Below, one piece after another: positions 38,374 through 49,707 of a stretch of 64,000 bases of DNA. Position 1 is the first letter of the stretch, and each line of letters begins with the position of its first letter. The translations under genes and the position numbers were made by a program. Origin of the DNA: a candidate division WOR-3 bacterium (GTDB taxonomy: Bacteria > Hydrothermota > Tepidihabitantia > SM23-42 > JAOAFX01); contig JAOAFX010000003.1 in assembly GCA_026416055.1 (NCBI GenBank), positions 589-64,588 of the forward strand, given 5' to 3'. The notes below the pieces were generated by a model. The model did no database searches, was not told the DNA's origin, and worked only from the letters and a program-made list of their open reading frames with translations.

Positions 38374-38964
38374 ATGAAGAAAGAAATCCGTCAGAGAATT
38401 ATGGAAACTGCGATAACGATTTTTGCCCGAAAAGGTTTTTTTCAAACAACGGTTGATGATATTGCCCGTTCATCGAAAGTTGCCAAAGGAACTATATATC
38501 TTTATTTCAGAGATAAATCGGATATTTATATAAGTATAATCGAAGAACAACTTAATTCTGCGCTCAGGGATGTGCAAAAAGTAAACAAGGAAAATTTGAA
38601 AAGCAGTGAGAAATTAAAAAAGATTGCTGAAGACTGGCTACTGCATTCAGTTGAATTTCATAAGTTTTTTCCGGTGATTTCAATGGAGAATATCAATCAG
38701 GTTCTGAAAATAATGAAGGAAATTAAACCCAGGGTATTCCCGGTGATCGGTCAAATAATTTCAGCAGTTGCTAATATAATAGAGACCGGAATAAAAAATG
38801 GAGAGTTTCGCAAGATAAATACACGGATTGCAGCAATCTGTTTTCTCAATATTATGAGGGCACCGCTTTTACTAAGTCTATTCACTACTGAAAAGATAAA
38901 ATCAACTGAAGAAATCCTTGATTTATTTTTTGATGGCTTGAAAAATAGAAAGGAGTTGAGATGA
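38374..38964 (+). CDS. TetR/AcrR family regulator
   Basis: FARKGFFQTTVDDIARSSKVAKGTIYLYFRDK HTH. Confidence 0.95.
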   Translation: MKKEIRQRIMETAITIFARKGFFQTTVDDIARSSKVAKGTIYLYFRDKSDIYISIIEEQLNSALRDVQKVNKENLKSSEKLKKIAEDWLLHSVEFHKFFPVISMENINQVLKIMKEIKPRVFPVIGQIISAVANIIETGIKNGEFRKINTRIAAICFLNIMRAPLLLSLFTTEKIKSTEEILDLFFDGLKNRKELR

Positions 38965-39551
38965 ATTTATTAGTTTTACCGATACTCTATTGTGGGATTT
39001 TAAATCCCCGATTGGATGCAAGGCAAATTTTTATCAGTCCCACCTATTCTAACTATCTTCTTTATCAGGACAGCGATGAAGAGCCTAAGGGGAAATGGCA
39101 ATGGGGTATCCAGGTAGGTGTAGCAAATCTAATTCCTAAACTGGGAATTGAGTTTTCTGGTGCTTTAATAAGATACGATGCACCTCCTGAACAAGGACCA
39201 TATGCATACAAGTACACACCATTGACTTTTACCATAAATTTCAATATTTTACCTTTCCTCAAAACCAGTTTGATACAGATGTACATAAAAACGGGCTTTG
39301 GCCTGTATCTATGGCAGGGTCTTTTCAACAACCAGGTTATTACTTTACCCACCGGTGATAAAATGGATGAAAAGGATCTGGGTTTCACAGGTGGCATGGA
39401 ATTCCAGATAAAACCACTTGATAATCTGGCAATATTTTCCCATCTTCAGTATCACTACCTGACGAGTTCCAACATCTACAAATACGGCTATTTTGATAAA
39501 GATGAAAAATTCTTTGTCAATGGCTTCGGTTTAAAAATCTTTGTTCCATAA
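38961..39551 (+). CDS. Probable outer-membrane beta-barrel protein
   Basis: Amphipathic strands (MYIKTGFGLY, GFTGGMEF, LQYHY, NGFGLKIF). Confidence 0.6.
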   Translation: MNLLVLPILYCGILNPRLDARQIFISPTYSNYLLYQDSDEEPKGKWQWGIQVGVANLIPKLGIEFSGALIRYDAPPEQGPYAYKYTPLTFTINFNILPFLKTSLIQMYIKTGFGLYLWQGLFNNQVITLPTGDKMDEKDLGFTGGMEFQIKPLDNLAIFSHLQYHYLTSSNIYKYGYFDKDEKFFVNGFGLKIFVP

Positions 39552-39615
39552 AGGTCAGGATGTCTATTTATCGGAAATTGTTCGGAATTCGAAGTTTTTC
39601 CAATAAGGAGGTTTG

Positions 39616-40884
39616 ATGGCAGGAGCACTGATTTTTATTTATATTTTTAACATCGCTGACACATTGCAATTTACCATTAATGAAGCGATTGAATATGCGT
39701 ATAACAACAATGCCGAGGTGAGACAACTTGTGATAGAGTTAAATAAATCAAGTGTTGATATCGGCATTGCCCGTTCAGCATTCTATCCAGTGGTGACTTC
39801 AACCGGTTATTACGCATACCTAAGTGAGTTGTCCATTTTCCAGATGGATACAATCGCCATTCCAATGGGCCAGCATGAGAATTATAATTTCCAGGTTTCA
39901 CTCCAGCAGGTTTTATTTGCATGGGGGAAAATATACGATGCCTACCGCATTGCCGGACTTAATCGGGATATTGCTGAGCTGAAATTGGTTAGAAAAAAAC
40001 AGGAAGTCCGTTGTTCAGTAATAAAATCATACTACGGACTCCTTGTTTTAGAAAAGATGGTTGAACTTACAAAAGAAAGCATGGAACAGTTGAAACGACA
40101 TGAAGAATCAGTGAGAAAAAGATATGAAGCAGGACTTGTTTCCCAGTTTGATTTACTCCGTGCACGGGTGCAGGTAGCAAATCTGAAACCGCGATTGATT
40201 GAAGCAGAAAATGGCTTGAGACTGGCGCGTGAGGGATTTAAAATACTCTTAGGATTACCCCAGGAAATAGAATTCAAATTAATAGATTCACTTGAAATAA
40301 CTGAAGAAGATTTTGACCTTGAATTCCTCAAGGAAGAAGCATTAAAAAATCGCGCCGAGCTGAAAAACTTAGAAAAGTTAAAAAAAATTAGCACACTTGC
40401 AAAAACAATCAAGGCACGGGCAAATCTACCCACGCTTTTTGCAGGTGTGAGTTACGAGCGCAAAAAGCCATTCAGCTTCGGAGGTAACGACTGGGGTTCA
40501 AGCCTTACTTTTAACATCGGATTCCAGTTTCCGATTTTCAGTGGATATAAAAATTTGTATGATTATGATAAATCAAAACTACAATTAAAGGAAGTGGAAC
40601 TTGCCTATGAAAACCTCACAAAGGGTATCATCCTTGAAGTGAAGCAATCTTATTTCAATCTCAATTCTGCAAGAGAGGAAATCGTTGCTGCAAAAGAAAA
40701 TATTACCCAGGCAGAAAAAGCATTGAATATTATGGAAACCAGATATAAAAACGGACTGGCAACGAATCTCGAATATCTTGATACCCAGTTAGCGACGATG
40801 CAGGCGAAGATAAATTATCTCAATGCCCTAAAGGATTATCTGAGCGCCCGTGCAGATTTAATCAGGGCTGTGGGATATGATTAA
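39616..40884 (+). CDS. TolC-family outer-membrane efflux protein
   Basis: ARSAFYP, RYEAGLVSQFDLLRA, RYKNGLATNLEYLD repeats; AAGGAGG SD. Confidence 0.93.
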   Translation: MAGALIFIYIFNIADTLQFTINEAIEYAYNNNAEVRQLVIELNKSSVDIGIARSAFYPVVTSTGYYAYLSELSIFQMDTIAIPMGQHENYNFQVSLQQVLFAWGKIYDAYRIAGLNRDIAELKLVRKKQEVRCSVIKSYYGLLVLEKMVELTKESMEQLKRHEESVRKRYEAGLVSQFDLLRARVQVANLKPRLIEAENGLRLAREGFKILLGLPQEIEFKLIDSLEITEEDFDLEFLKEEALKNRAELKNLEKLKKISTLAKTIKARANLPTLFAGVSYERKKPFSFGGNDWGSSLTFNIGFQFPIFSGYKNLYDYDKSKLQLKEVELAYENLTKGIILEVKQSYFNLNSAREEIVAAKENITQAEKALNIMETRYKNGLATNLEYLDTQLATMQAKINYLNALKDYLSARADLIRAVGYD

Positions 40885-40966
40885 AATAATAGGGTCAGAT
40901 GATACTCAAGCAAATAATAAATGGCCTGTGGATTTGAATTCAGTACCTTATTATAGGAGGTAATAA

Positions 40967-41848
40967 ATGAAAAAATTCTTGATAATTATCATCATAATCC
41001 TTGTTATCGGGATTGCATTAAGACTCACCCTTGTCAAGAGTCGTGGCAGTGTGAGTGTTGAAAAAACCCCTATTTCAGTAGAAGTGGTCAGGGTGACAAG
41101 GGATGATGTAAAAAAGACCTGTTCAATTGTCGGTATGATTATTGCTGATAAAACAATTCAGGTCTTTCCTGAGGCAGTGGGGCGGGTGACAAAAATATTT
41201 GTTAGAGAAGGCAACTATGTTCACAAAGGTGACAAAATCATCTCACTAAAAAATGAAACAGTCGGCTTTGAATTTGAAGAAGCGTTCGTTACTGCTCCTA
41301 TCTCTGGTACCATCGCAAAAATTCTTGTCGATATTGGCTCAACGGTTGCTCCCCAGGTTCCAGTAGCGATGATTGTTGATGTCTCAAGAATAAAAGTAAA
41401 CTTCAACGCTCCGGAAATAGAAGCACAGTGTTTTCGTGTGAATACACCAATCACTATAAAGCTCGATGCGATTCCGGAAAAAGATTTTAAGGGTTACATA
41501 AGCGAAATCAGCCCTGTCGTCGATCCGATCACCAAGACGGTCGGAGTGAAGGGTGTTGTTGAAAGTGGCGGTGTCAGTTTAAAACCCGGAATGACCGCAA
41601 GGATTTCAATCAAACTGAATGAGAAAAAAGGAGTTATTGCCGTTTCCCAGGATGCACTTATTGATAACACAGTATTTGTAGTAAGGCAGGATAGCACTGC
41701 AGAACGAAGACCGGTAAAGATTGGTCTTGTTGGTGACGATCTGGTAGAGATAACTGAAGGATTGAACGAAAATGAGATGGTAATTGTTATGGGTCAGCAA
41801 CGCCTGGCAGGTGGTGAAAAGGTCATTCCGATTGTGAGGGCGAGATGA
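40967..41848 (+). CDS. RND membrane fusion protein 1
   Basis: TM anchor; lipoyl-like GRVTKIFVREG / APISG; SPVVDP; LKPGM. Confidence 0.92.
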   Translation: MKKFLIIIIIILVIGIALRLTLVKSRGSVSVEKTPISVEVVRVTRDDVKKTCSIVGMIIADKTIQVFPEAVGRVTKIFVREGNYVHKGDKIISLKNETVGFEFEEAFVTAPISGTIAKILVDIGSTVAPQVPVAMIVDVSRIKVNFNAPEIEAQCFRVNTPITIKLDAIPEKDFKGYISEISPVVDPITKTVGVKGVVESGGVSLKPGMTARISIKLNEKKGVIAVSQDALIDNTVFVVRQDSTAERRPVKIGLVGDDLVEITEGLNENEMVIVMGQQRLAGGEKVIPIVRAR

Positions 41849-44800
41849 AAATCACGGAAGTTTCAGTAAAAAGACCGTATGCTATTTCAATGGTTTTTAT
41901 AGGATTGTTTGTCTTCGGTATTATCTCCCTCACCAAATTGCCGGTCGATCTATTTCCTAATATCACCCTGCCGATGATGGTTGTGATGACCAATTATCCA
42001 GGTGCCGGACCCCAGGAGGTAGAAAATCAGTTGACCCAGCCATTTGAAAAGATTTTAGGCACACTCAATAATCTTGAAAAAATCACCTCAACCTCCTCGG
42101 AGAATTCCTCTATAATCATGCTCCAGTTCACCTGGGGAACCGACCTCGATGCTGCAGCAAATGATGTGCGTGACCGACTGGGATTGATTTTGCCCTATAT
42201 ACCCGAAGATGCCCAGCAGCCAATGATATTCAAATTTGATATTTCACAACAGCCAGTCGTGCTTTACAGCATAAAAGGAAATATCGATCCCCTTGAACTT
42301 GACCGCATCGGTGAGGATATTGCTGACAGATTGCAACGTGTTGGTGGTGTTGCGGCCTCATTTGTGGAAAGTGGTGTTTTGAATGAAGTTCAGATTCTTT
42401 TTGACTATGATAAACTCGTTGGGCTCGGAATAAGCCCGGAACAGGTTCTTAATATTCTGCGTGCCCAGAATATAAACTATCCCCTTGGTAGAGTTGAATC
42501 CGGAACCAAGGTATATACTTTGCGGGTCATTGGTGAATATAAAAATTTAGATGAAATACGCAAGACCGTTATTGGGAACAAGAATGGTATCCCTATCTTA
42601 CTGGAGCAAGTTGCTGAAGTGAAACTTGGGCCATCCGAAGTGACTTCAATAACCAGGACCAATCGCGTGAATGCTATATATGGATTCATCCAGAAAAGGA
42701 CTAACGCCAATACCGTAAGGGTTTGTAATGATGTAGTAAAAGAAATAGAAAACATCAAAAAAGAATTACCTGCAGGGGTAAGCATAGATGTCTTCTTCAA
42801 TCAGGCTGACTTCATAAATCGTTCAATCAGAAGCACAGCAGATACACTGGTCATCGGCGCCATTCTTGCGATGTTTATTCTATTTCTTTTCTTAGGTAAT
42901 TTCCGCGCCGCCCTTATTATTGGCATTTCACTTCCTATCACTGTCTTCTTTGCGGTATTTATGATGTTCATCTTCAATATGACAATCAATATGATTTCCC
43001 TTGGTGGTTTGACGATTGCAATCGGTATGGTCGTGGATTGTGCAATTGTAGTATTTGAAGCAATCTACCGGCACCGGCGTGAAAAAGGAGAAGAACCGGA
43101 TCTGGCTTCCATCCTTGGAACAAAGGAAGTAGGTATGGCAATAACGGCATCAACGATGACAACGATTGCAGTATTTCTGCCCTTACTTCTGGTGCGTGGC
43201 TTTGCTTCAATATTTTTCAGCCAGATTGCCTGGACAATTACTTTCGCCCTTGCATCATCCCTACTCGTTGCAGTGACGATTGTACCGATGATGATGGCAA
43301 AAGTTTTGAGATTTAAAAAAGAATTGAGCCGCACCGAATCATTCTTTCAGGGGATATACCAGAATATTGAAAATTTCTATTTAAGGATCATTCGCTGGGC
43401 ACTGAATCACCGACTTGCAGTAATCTCAGGAACGGTGATACTATTTGTTGTTAGCCTCCTGCTTTTATTCTTCATCGGCGCGGAACTCTCACCAACTCCA
43501 GACCGGGGCGAAATTCAAATTGAAGCAGAGATGCCGGTCGGCACCAACCTTGCCACAACCGATTCTGCAATATTAAAACTTGAAGATATTCTCATGAAAG
43601 AAATTCCAGAAATGGAGAATACCTTTATTACCATCGGCTCGGGCACCGGTCTAACAGCATTATTTGGTGGTGGTACTGGAACCCATGTTGCAACGATATG
43701 GATTGGACTTGTAGATAGAGAAAAAAGGACGCGTTCGGTAAAAGAAATTCAACAGGCAATAAGACCTAAATTAAGTTCAATTCCTGGATTGGTGACACGT
43801 TTTACATCTGATGAATCTTTTATCTTCGGTTTTGGGAAGCCAATAGAGATAAAGTTAATCGGTTATGACCTGAATAAAGCAAAGGCACTTTCTGATGAAA
43901 TTATGGAAAAATTAAAAAAGGTAAAAGGGCTCGTAGACCTCCGGTCAGATTTGAGTCAGGGCAAACCCGAAATTCAATTTATTGTAGACAGGCAGAAGGC
44001 AATGCAATTTGGACTTACCCCCTATCAGATTGGTATGGCATTGCGGAGCCAGATTGAAGGAACGGTAGCAAGCCAGTATCGTATTGAAGGTAATGAATAT
44101 GATATAAAAATCACACTTAAGAAAGAATATAAAGATACGCCTCAGAAGATTAAATCACTTGCGATTGCAACACCGGTCGGAGTTGTGCCTTTAAAAAACT
44201 TTTTGATCGATACCATAACAATTGGACCCGCAAAGATTGAACATGAGAACACATTCCGGGTGGTTAAAATCAGCGGTAATGTCGAAGGAAGGGACCAGAA
44301 TAGTGTCGCACGGGATGTGCAGAGGATTTTGAAAGAAGAAATAGTCGTTCCCCCTGGATTTAAGATTGAGATGGGTGGCGGATTTAAAGAGATGCAGACA
44401 ACATTCAGGGACATCACCTGGGTCATCATCCTGGCCGTTTTTCTTGTTTATATCATCATGGTCGGACAGTTTGAGTCTCTTAAAGAACCATTCATCATTA
44501 TGTTTTCCATTCCCCTTGCGATCATCGGTGTCTTATGGATTCTTTTCTTCACAAACACTACAATAAACATGCAGAGTCTGATGGGGCTACTCTTGCTTGC
44601 TGGAATTGTAGTAAACAATGCTATCGTCTATGTTGATTATACAAATCAGCTACGTCGTAAACAAAATATGCCACTCTTTGATGCCCTGATTGAAGCAGGA
44701 AGGGTGAGATTGAGACCGATTCTGATGACTGCACTCACCACGATATTTGGTTTGATTGCTATGGCATAAGGCATTGGTGCGAGAAGCGAAATCCGCGCAC

Positions 44801-44904
44801 CGATGGCGCGTTCTGTCATAGGCGGTCTTTTGTTTTCAACATTTCTTACTCTGGTCTTTATTCCGACGTTCTATCTAATAATTGAAAAGAAAAAAGAAAA
44901 TTAA
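41845..44904 (+). pseudogene. AcrB/AcrD/AcrF-family RND transporter 1 with in-frame TAA at 44767-44769
   Basis: ORF stops after RLRPILMT..GLIAMA; the same frame continues GIGARSEIRAPMARSVIGGLLFSTFLTLVFIPTFY (last TM) to TAA 44902-44904. Confidence 0.8.
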
Positions 44905-44917
44905 CAGGGAGCAATCT

Positions 44918-45787
44918 ATGAAAATAATGTTAATAATTCCAGTAATCCTGCTCACTTTTTTTATAGGATGCAAGGGTAAAGAGACAAAGGCTATTGAAAC
45001 GATACCAAATGTAAAAAGTATTGTAGTAAAGGATACAACTATCCCCGTGGTGGTTGATGTTGTCGGCAAAATTATTCCAAAGAGTTCAGTTACTGTCTTT
45101 TCACAGATTCCTGGCAAAGTTGAAAAAATTTTCGTTCAGGAAGGAGATACGGTATATATAAATCAAACACTGGCAAATGTCATTCAAGAAATACCAGGAA
45201 GTGAATACAAACCTTACTCAGTTAAATCACCGATAAAAGGCATTGTACTAAAATCTATGGTTGATGTTGGCAGGACAATCAATCCCCAGACGCCTTTGTT
45301 TGAAATAGGTGATGTTGGCTGTCTCAATTTTAAAGGGCAAGTTTTTGGTGAAGAAAGATTTGTAGTGAAGGTCGGCCAGCGCATCGCCATCACTAATGAC
45401 CAGAAGGATACTTTAGCAGTTGTAAAGATAAATTTCATATCACCACAGGTTGATCCTGTGACTGGTGGTGTTACCGTTGAAACCCAGGTCTGCAGATTGT
45501 CACCTAAGAATGCCCATTTAATAATCAACCAGACCATGAATGGCCATATCATTGTATCTACACGTCAGGGTAAGATTATTCCAAGAAAATCAGTAGTTAA
45601 CCTATCAGATAAAGGCACAGGTGTATTCAAGATTGAAAACGACAAAGCGGTCTTTGTTCCGATACAGATCATCTCCCGTTCTGAAGAATATTTTTTAGTT
45701 AGCGGCTTAAACGAAAACGATTTAATTGTACGTGATGGTGCTGAAAAATTAAACGATGGTCAGCAAATACGATTAATAAAAGAATAA
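44918..45787 (+). CDS. RND membrane fusion protein 2 (lipoprotein)
   Basis: Lipobox FIGC; GKVEKIFVQEGD / SPIKG; SPQVDP. Confidence 0.88.
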   Translation: MKIMLIIPVILLTFFIGCKGKETKAIETIPNVKSIVVKDTTIPVVVDVVGKIIPKSSVTVFSQIPGKVEKIFVQEGDTVYINQTLANVIQEIPGSEYKPYSVKSPIKGIVLKSMVDVGRTINPQTPLFEIGDVGCLNFKGQVFGEERFVVKVGQRIAITNDQKDTLAVVKINFISPQVDPVTGGVTVETQVCRLSPKNAHLIINQTMNGHIIVSTRQGKIIPRKSVVNLSDKGTGVFKIENDKAVFVPIQIISRSEEYFLVSGLNENDLIVRDGAEKLNDGQQIRLIKE

Positions 45788-45789
45788 AA

Positions 45790-48700
45790 ATGAATGTGAT
45801 TCGTTATTTTATCCAGCGTTATGTGGGGACACTTCTGATCACTTCTGTCCTTGTAATCATAGGAATAATAAGTTTCCAATCTTTACCTGTATCTTATTAT
45901 CCACAGTTTTCGGTTCCTGCTGCTATAATAATAACTGCCTATCCTGGTGCCAGTCCTGAGATTGTAGAAAACGACGTGACCAAGCCGATTGAAGAAGCTA
46001 TTTCGACTATATCAGGTGTTGACCAGATAACTTCTACGAGTCGCGAAGGGTTTTCGCAGATAATTGTTAATTATGCCTTTGGTGTGAGTATTGATAAGAA
46101 ACAACGCGAGATTCAGGAAAAGATTGACTTAATAAAAGGGCAGTTACCCAGGAATGCATCAACGCCATCAATTACTACAATCAACAACATTTTGCCACCA
46201 CCGGTTGAACTTTCTATAACTTCTGATACCAGAGACCTTGCCGAATTGAAAGAATTTGTTGAGAAAAGAATTTCTCCTGCAATTGCCAGGTTGCCTGGTG
46301 TAGCAAATGTAAAAGTTACCGGCGGTATAGATGAAATCATCAGGGTTGAAATTGATCCAATCCGTTTATATGAAACAGGAATAGGATTGAACCAGATTGC
46401 TTATGCCTTGAGTGCTGGTAATATCGATTATCCCGTCGGTGAAGTAAAAAGTGGTCAATATCTTTTTTCTCTGCGGCTTAAAGGCAATTATCAAACAATT
46501 GAGGATATTAAAAATGAATATATCACTGTAGCAGGTGGCAGAAGCATAAGGGTGGGCGATATCGCAAAGGTTTATAGCATTGAAAAAACGCAGACCCGAT
46601 TTGCCCGTTTAAATCTCAAAGATGCAGTGGGGATCCTCGTAAGAAAACCAAGCAATGGCAATTCGGTTCAAGTTGCTCGGTCTGTAAAAAAATGGCTTAA
46701 AGAAAATGAAACTAAATTACCATCGGATATAAAAATTCAGATTATTAAAGATGAATCAAATACAATATTGAATGCCATTAGGGATGTTATAATTTCTGGG
46801 CTATTAGGTGCATTGCTTGCATCACTTATTATACTCTTGTTTCTGGGACGTTTCAGAAATGCACTCGTGATAATCATATCAATTCCCATCACGATAATAA
46901 TCACTTTTATTTTTATGAAGGTTTTCAACCTCTCTCTTAATACAATTTCAATTGGTGGTCTATCACTTGCTACTGGACTGATTGTGGATGCTTCAATTGT
47001 GGTGATGGAAAATATCTTTCGTCATCTACGCGATAAAGATTTCCATGGGACAAGACTGGAAATGGTTGTTGAATCTACCAGAGAGGTCGGTCTGGCAATC
47101 AGTGCCGGAGTGATTACGACGATCGTTGTATTTTTACCCCTTGCCTTTACCCAAGGTTTCGCCAAGGTACTCCTTGGTGAACTTGCCTTAACTGTTGTAT
47201 TCTCTCTCTGTATATCTATCATTGTGGCGGTGACAATTGTGCCGATATTCAGTTATTTTTTATTGAAACCCGAACAACCACGATTCCAGTTCAATAGATG
47301 GTTTTTGAATCTTGAATCTAAAATGAAAAATATCTATACAAACTTGCTGAATAGAGTTTTGCAACATCGCCTGATTACCGTACTCATATTTGTCATTTTA
47401 CTGATTATAGGTTTTGTCCTTGCCTCTTTTGTAAAAACAGGGTTGATTGGTGCTACAGATGAAGGTGAGTTTCAAATTGTTCTGGAATATCCCCGTGGCA
47501 CTTCTTTAGAATATTGCAATAATGAAGCATTGAAATTAGAAAAATCGCTTTTAAATTTAAGTGGTGTTTCAAAGGTATCTTCAATCATTGGTGAAGACCC
47601 CTTCTTTAGTACACCCCAGCCTTATAGTGCCACAATCAATGTCTATACTGATAGGAAAAGACCAGTGCGTGCAATTATACCTCTGGCAAAAAAACTACTT
47701 GAATCCTATATCGAACCAACAGTTGTTTTGCGGATTATTGATGCTACAGTAGGAATTAGGCGTGAAGATATTGATATAAATATCTTTGGTGCTAATCTTG
47801 ATACACTCCGTGAACTCGGTGATCGTTTAGTGGCTAAATTAAGAGAAGAGAAAAACTTTTTATATGTTAATAGCAATCTCTCACGTGGTCTACCGGCATT
47901 TGTATTCATACCAAATCGAATGAATCTATCGGCAGCAGGAATTTCGGCGTTTACGCTTGCTCAAATATTGAGGATTGCTAAGTCAGGCGAAGTCGTAACT
48001 ACCTATCGCAAGGATGACAGAGATATCGATGTAGAACTAACTATACTGAATGCAGACAAACTCACCCTTCGTGATATTGGCAATCTGCCGATTGCAACAC
48101 CCCTGGCAGGAGTTGTCCCGCTCAAGAGTTTGGGTGTTCTTCAAGAAGGTGAATCTCCATCTGAAATTGTGCGGATAAATCAACGTCGTTCAGTAAATAT
48201 TACTGGTAGTTTTGCTCCGGGTACAAATTCCCGTGTTAACAGGAAGATTCTTGATGGAATAATAAGGAATTTCAAGTTGCCTGAAGGATATAATATTGAA
48301 CAACGGGGTGCCAATCGAGCAATTGCAGAAAGTTTTAAAACTCTTGGTATTGCCTTGATAATCGCGATCATTCTGGTCTACATGGTACTGGGTGTACAAT
48401 TTAACAGTCTAACATTACCATTTGTTATAATTCTCTCAGTGCCATTTTCTATCACTGGTTTTTTTGCTGGACTTGTGCTTACCGGTAACGAACTCAACCT
48501 CTCCTCTTTTCTTAGTGCAATAATTCTCTCTGGAATAGTTACTGATAATGCAATATTATTGCTCGACTATGTAGTATCAAGAAGAGAAAAGAATGTAGAA
48601 AGAAATAAGGCAATAATTGAAGCAGGCGAAAAAAGATTCAGACCGGTGATGATGACATCATTGACTACGATCTTTGGCTCGCTGTTCCTTGCTTTAAATA

Positions 48701-48867
48701 TCGGTGGTGGTGGCGAATCATTAAAGGCGCTGGCAAGTGCCTTCATCGGTGGTATGACATTCAGTATTTTTGTATCGCTCATTCTTATTCCAGTTGTATA
48801 TACCATAATTGATGATCTTTTGTGCAGAATTTCAAAAACCTGTATGCCGGAAAGAATCAGAGAATGA
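45790..48867 (+). CDS. AcrB/AcrD/AcrF-family RND transporter 2 (intact)
   Basis: AYPGASPE, GLIVDASIVVMENI, RFRPVMMTS, complete last TM. Confidence 0.95.
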   Translation: MNVIRYFIQRYVGTLLITSVLVIIGIISFQSLPVSYYPQFSVPAAIIITAYPGASPEIVENDVTKPIEEAISTISGVDQITSTSREGFSQIIVNYAFGVSIDKKQREIQEKIDLIKGQLPRNASTPSITTINNILPPPVELSITSDTRDLAELKEFVEKRISPAIARLPGVANVKVTGGIDEIIRVEIDPIRLYETGIGLNQIAYALSAGNIDYPVGEVKSGQYLFSLRLKGNYQTIEDIKNEYITVAGGRSIRVGDIAKVYSIEKTQTRFARLNLKDAVGILVRKPSNGNSVQVARSVKKWLKENETKLPSDIKIQIIKDESNTILNAIRDVIISGLLGALLASLIILLFLGRFRNALVIIISIPITIIITFIFMKVFNLSLNTISIGGLSLATGLIVDASIVVMENIFRHLRDKDFHGTRLEMVVESTREVGLAISAGVITTIVVFLPLAFTQGFAKVLLGELALTVVFSLCISIIVAVTIVPIFSYFLLKPEQPRFQFNRWFLNLESKMKNIYTNLLNRVLQHRLITVLIFVILLIIGFVLASFVKTGLIGATDEGEFQIVLEYPRGTSLEYCNNEALKLEKSLLNLSGVSKVSSIIGEDPFFSTPQPYSATINVYTDRKRPVRAIIPLAKKLLESYIEPTVVLRIIDATVGIRREDIDINIFGANLDTLRELGDRLVAKLREEKNFLYVNSNLSRGLPAFVFIPNRMNLSAAGISAFTLAQILRIAKSGEVVTTYRKDDRDIDVELTILNADKLTLRDIGNLPIATPLAGVVPLKSLGVLQEGESPSEIVRINQRRSVNITGSFAPGTNSRVNRKILDGIIRNFKLPEGYNIEQRGANRAIAESFKTLGIALIIAIILVYMVLGVQFNSLTLPFVIILSVPFSITGFFAGLVLTGNELNLSSFLSAIILSGIVTDNAILLLDYVVSRREKNVERNKAIIEAGEKRFRPVMMTSLTTIFGSLFLALNIGGGGESLKALASAFIGGMTFSIFVSLILIPVVYTIIDDLLCRISKTCMPERIRE

Positions 48868-48932
48868 ATAAGATTTATCTGATTGTGCCATTAATAAATT
48901 TTTGCATAATTCCCTGCAAAGGAGAATGTGAT

Positions 48933-49307
48933 ATGGAAAAAACAAATAAATCATTCAGAAAATTAACCAAAACCGAAGAGTGGGTGATAGTCCATAAAGG
49001 AACTGAGCCTCCGTTCAGCGGTGAATACAACAATTTCTTTCAAAAAGGAACATATCATTGTAAAAGATGCAATAAACCACTTTATCGTTCCGAGGCAAAA
49101 TTCAAATCTGGATGTGGCTGGCCAAGTTTTGACGAAGAAATAAAAGGTGCGGTGAAAAGAATTCCCGACCCGGATGGTATTAGGATCGAAATCCAGTGCG
49201 CAAATTGTGGTGCCCATTTAGGCCATGTATTTGAAGGTGAAGGCTTCACGCCTAAAAATGTCCGTCATTGTGTGAATTCAATCGCATTGATATTTATCCC
49301 TGATTGA
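48933..49307 (+). CDS. msrB: Peptide-methionine (R)-S-oxide reductase
   Basis: GTEPPF, CKRC, KFKSGCGWPSF, CANC, HLGHVF, RHCVNS; GGAG SD before ATG 48933. Confidence 0.95.
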   Translation: MEKTNKSFRKLTKTEEWVIVHKGTEPPFSGEYNNFFQKGTYHCKRCNKPLYRSEAKFKSGCGWPSFDEEIKGAVKRIPDPDGIRIEIQCANCGAHLGHVFEGEGFTPKNVRHCVNSIALIFIPD

Positions 49308-49707
49308 CATACTCATTCTATCAATAAATTAAATCTGGCTTTTTGTATAACCCTGTTTCCGCTTAGTAAAAGGCGCAGAAATTAAAGTTTTTTTCGATTT
49401 ATCAATTTGACAATTTCTCAATTATGAAATCCTGGAATTAACAAAAAACTTTTGAATCTTCACCGTTATAAACTTCAATCTTGGCCACTTTTAATAATTA
49501 AAATTATAATTGCAGGGATGACCGATTTTAAATACGCAGGTTAGTCTATCAAAAATGGTAATCCTTTTTATTCTGGTAAATCCTTCTTTTGATAATACCC
49601 TTATTTACGAAGTGGAAAAACTCAGTGATTTTATGAGTTATCATGTTTTACAACTGATTAAAAGTTTTTTACAAATATTTGACTATGAATGGTAAAAAGA
49701 TTAAATA

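Noticed and set aside
44767..44769. Stop-codon reassignment, selenocysteine or pyrrolysine recoding
   Set aside because: The interrupting codon is TAA, and all three stops terminate normal genes here; MsrB has an ordinary Cys (RHCVNS)
49308..49707. 400-nt AT-rich intergenic region as a riboswitch or sRNA
   Set aside because: It lies between convergent genes, and no recognisable aptamer motif or strong stem was found
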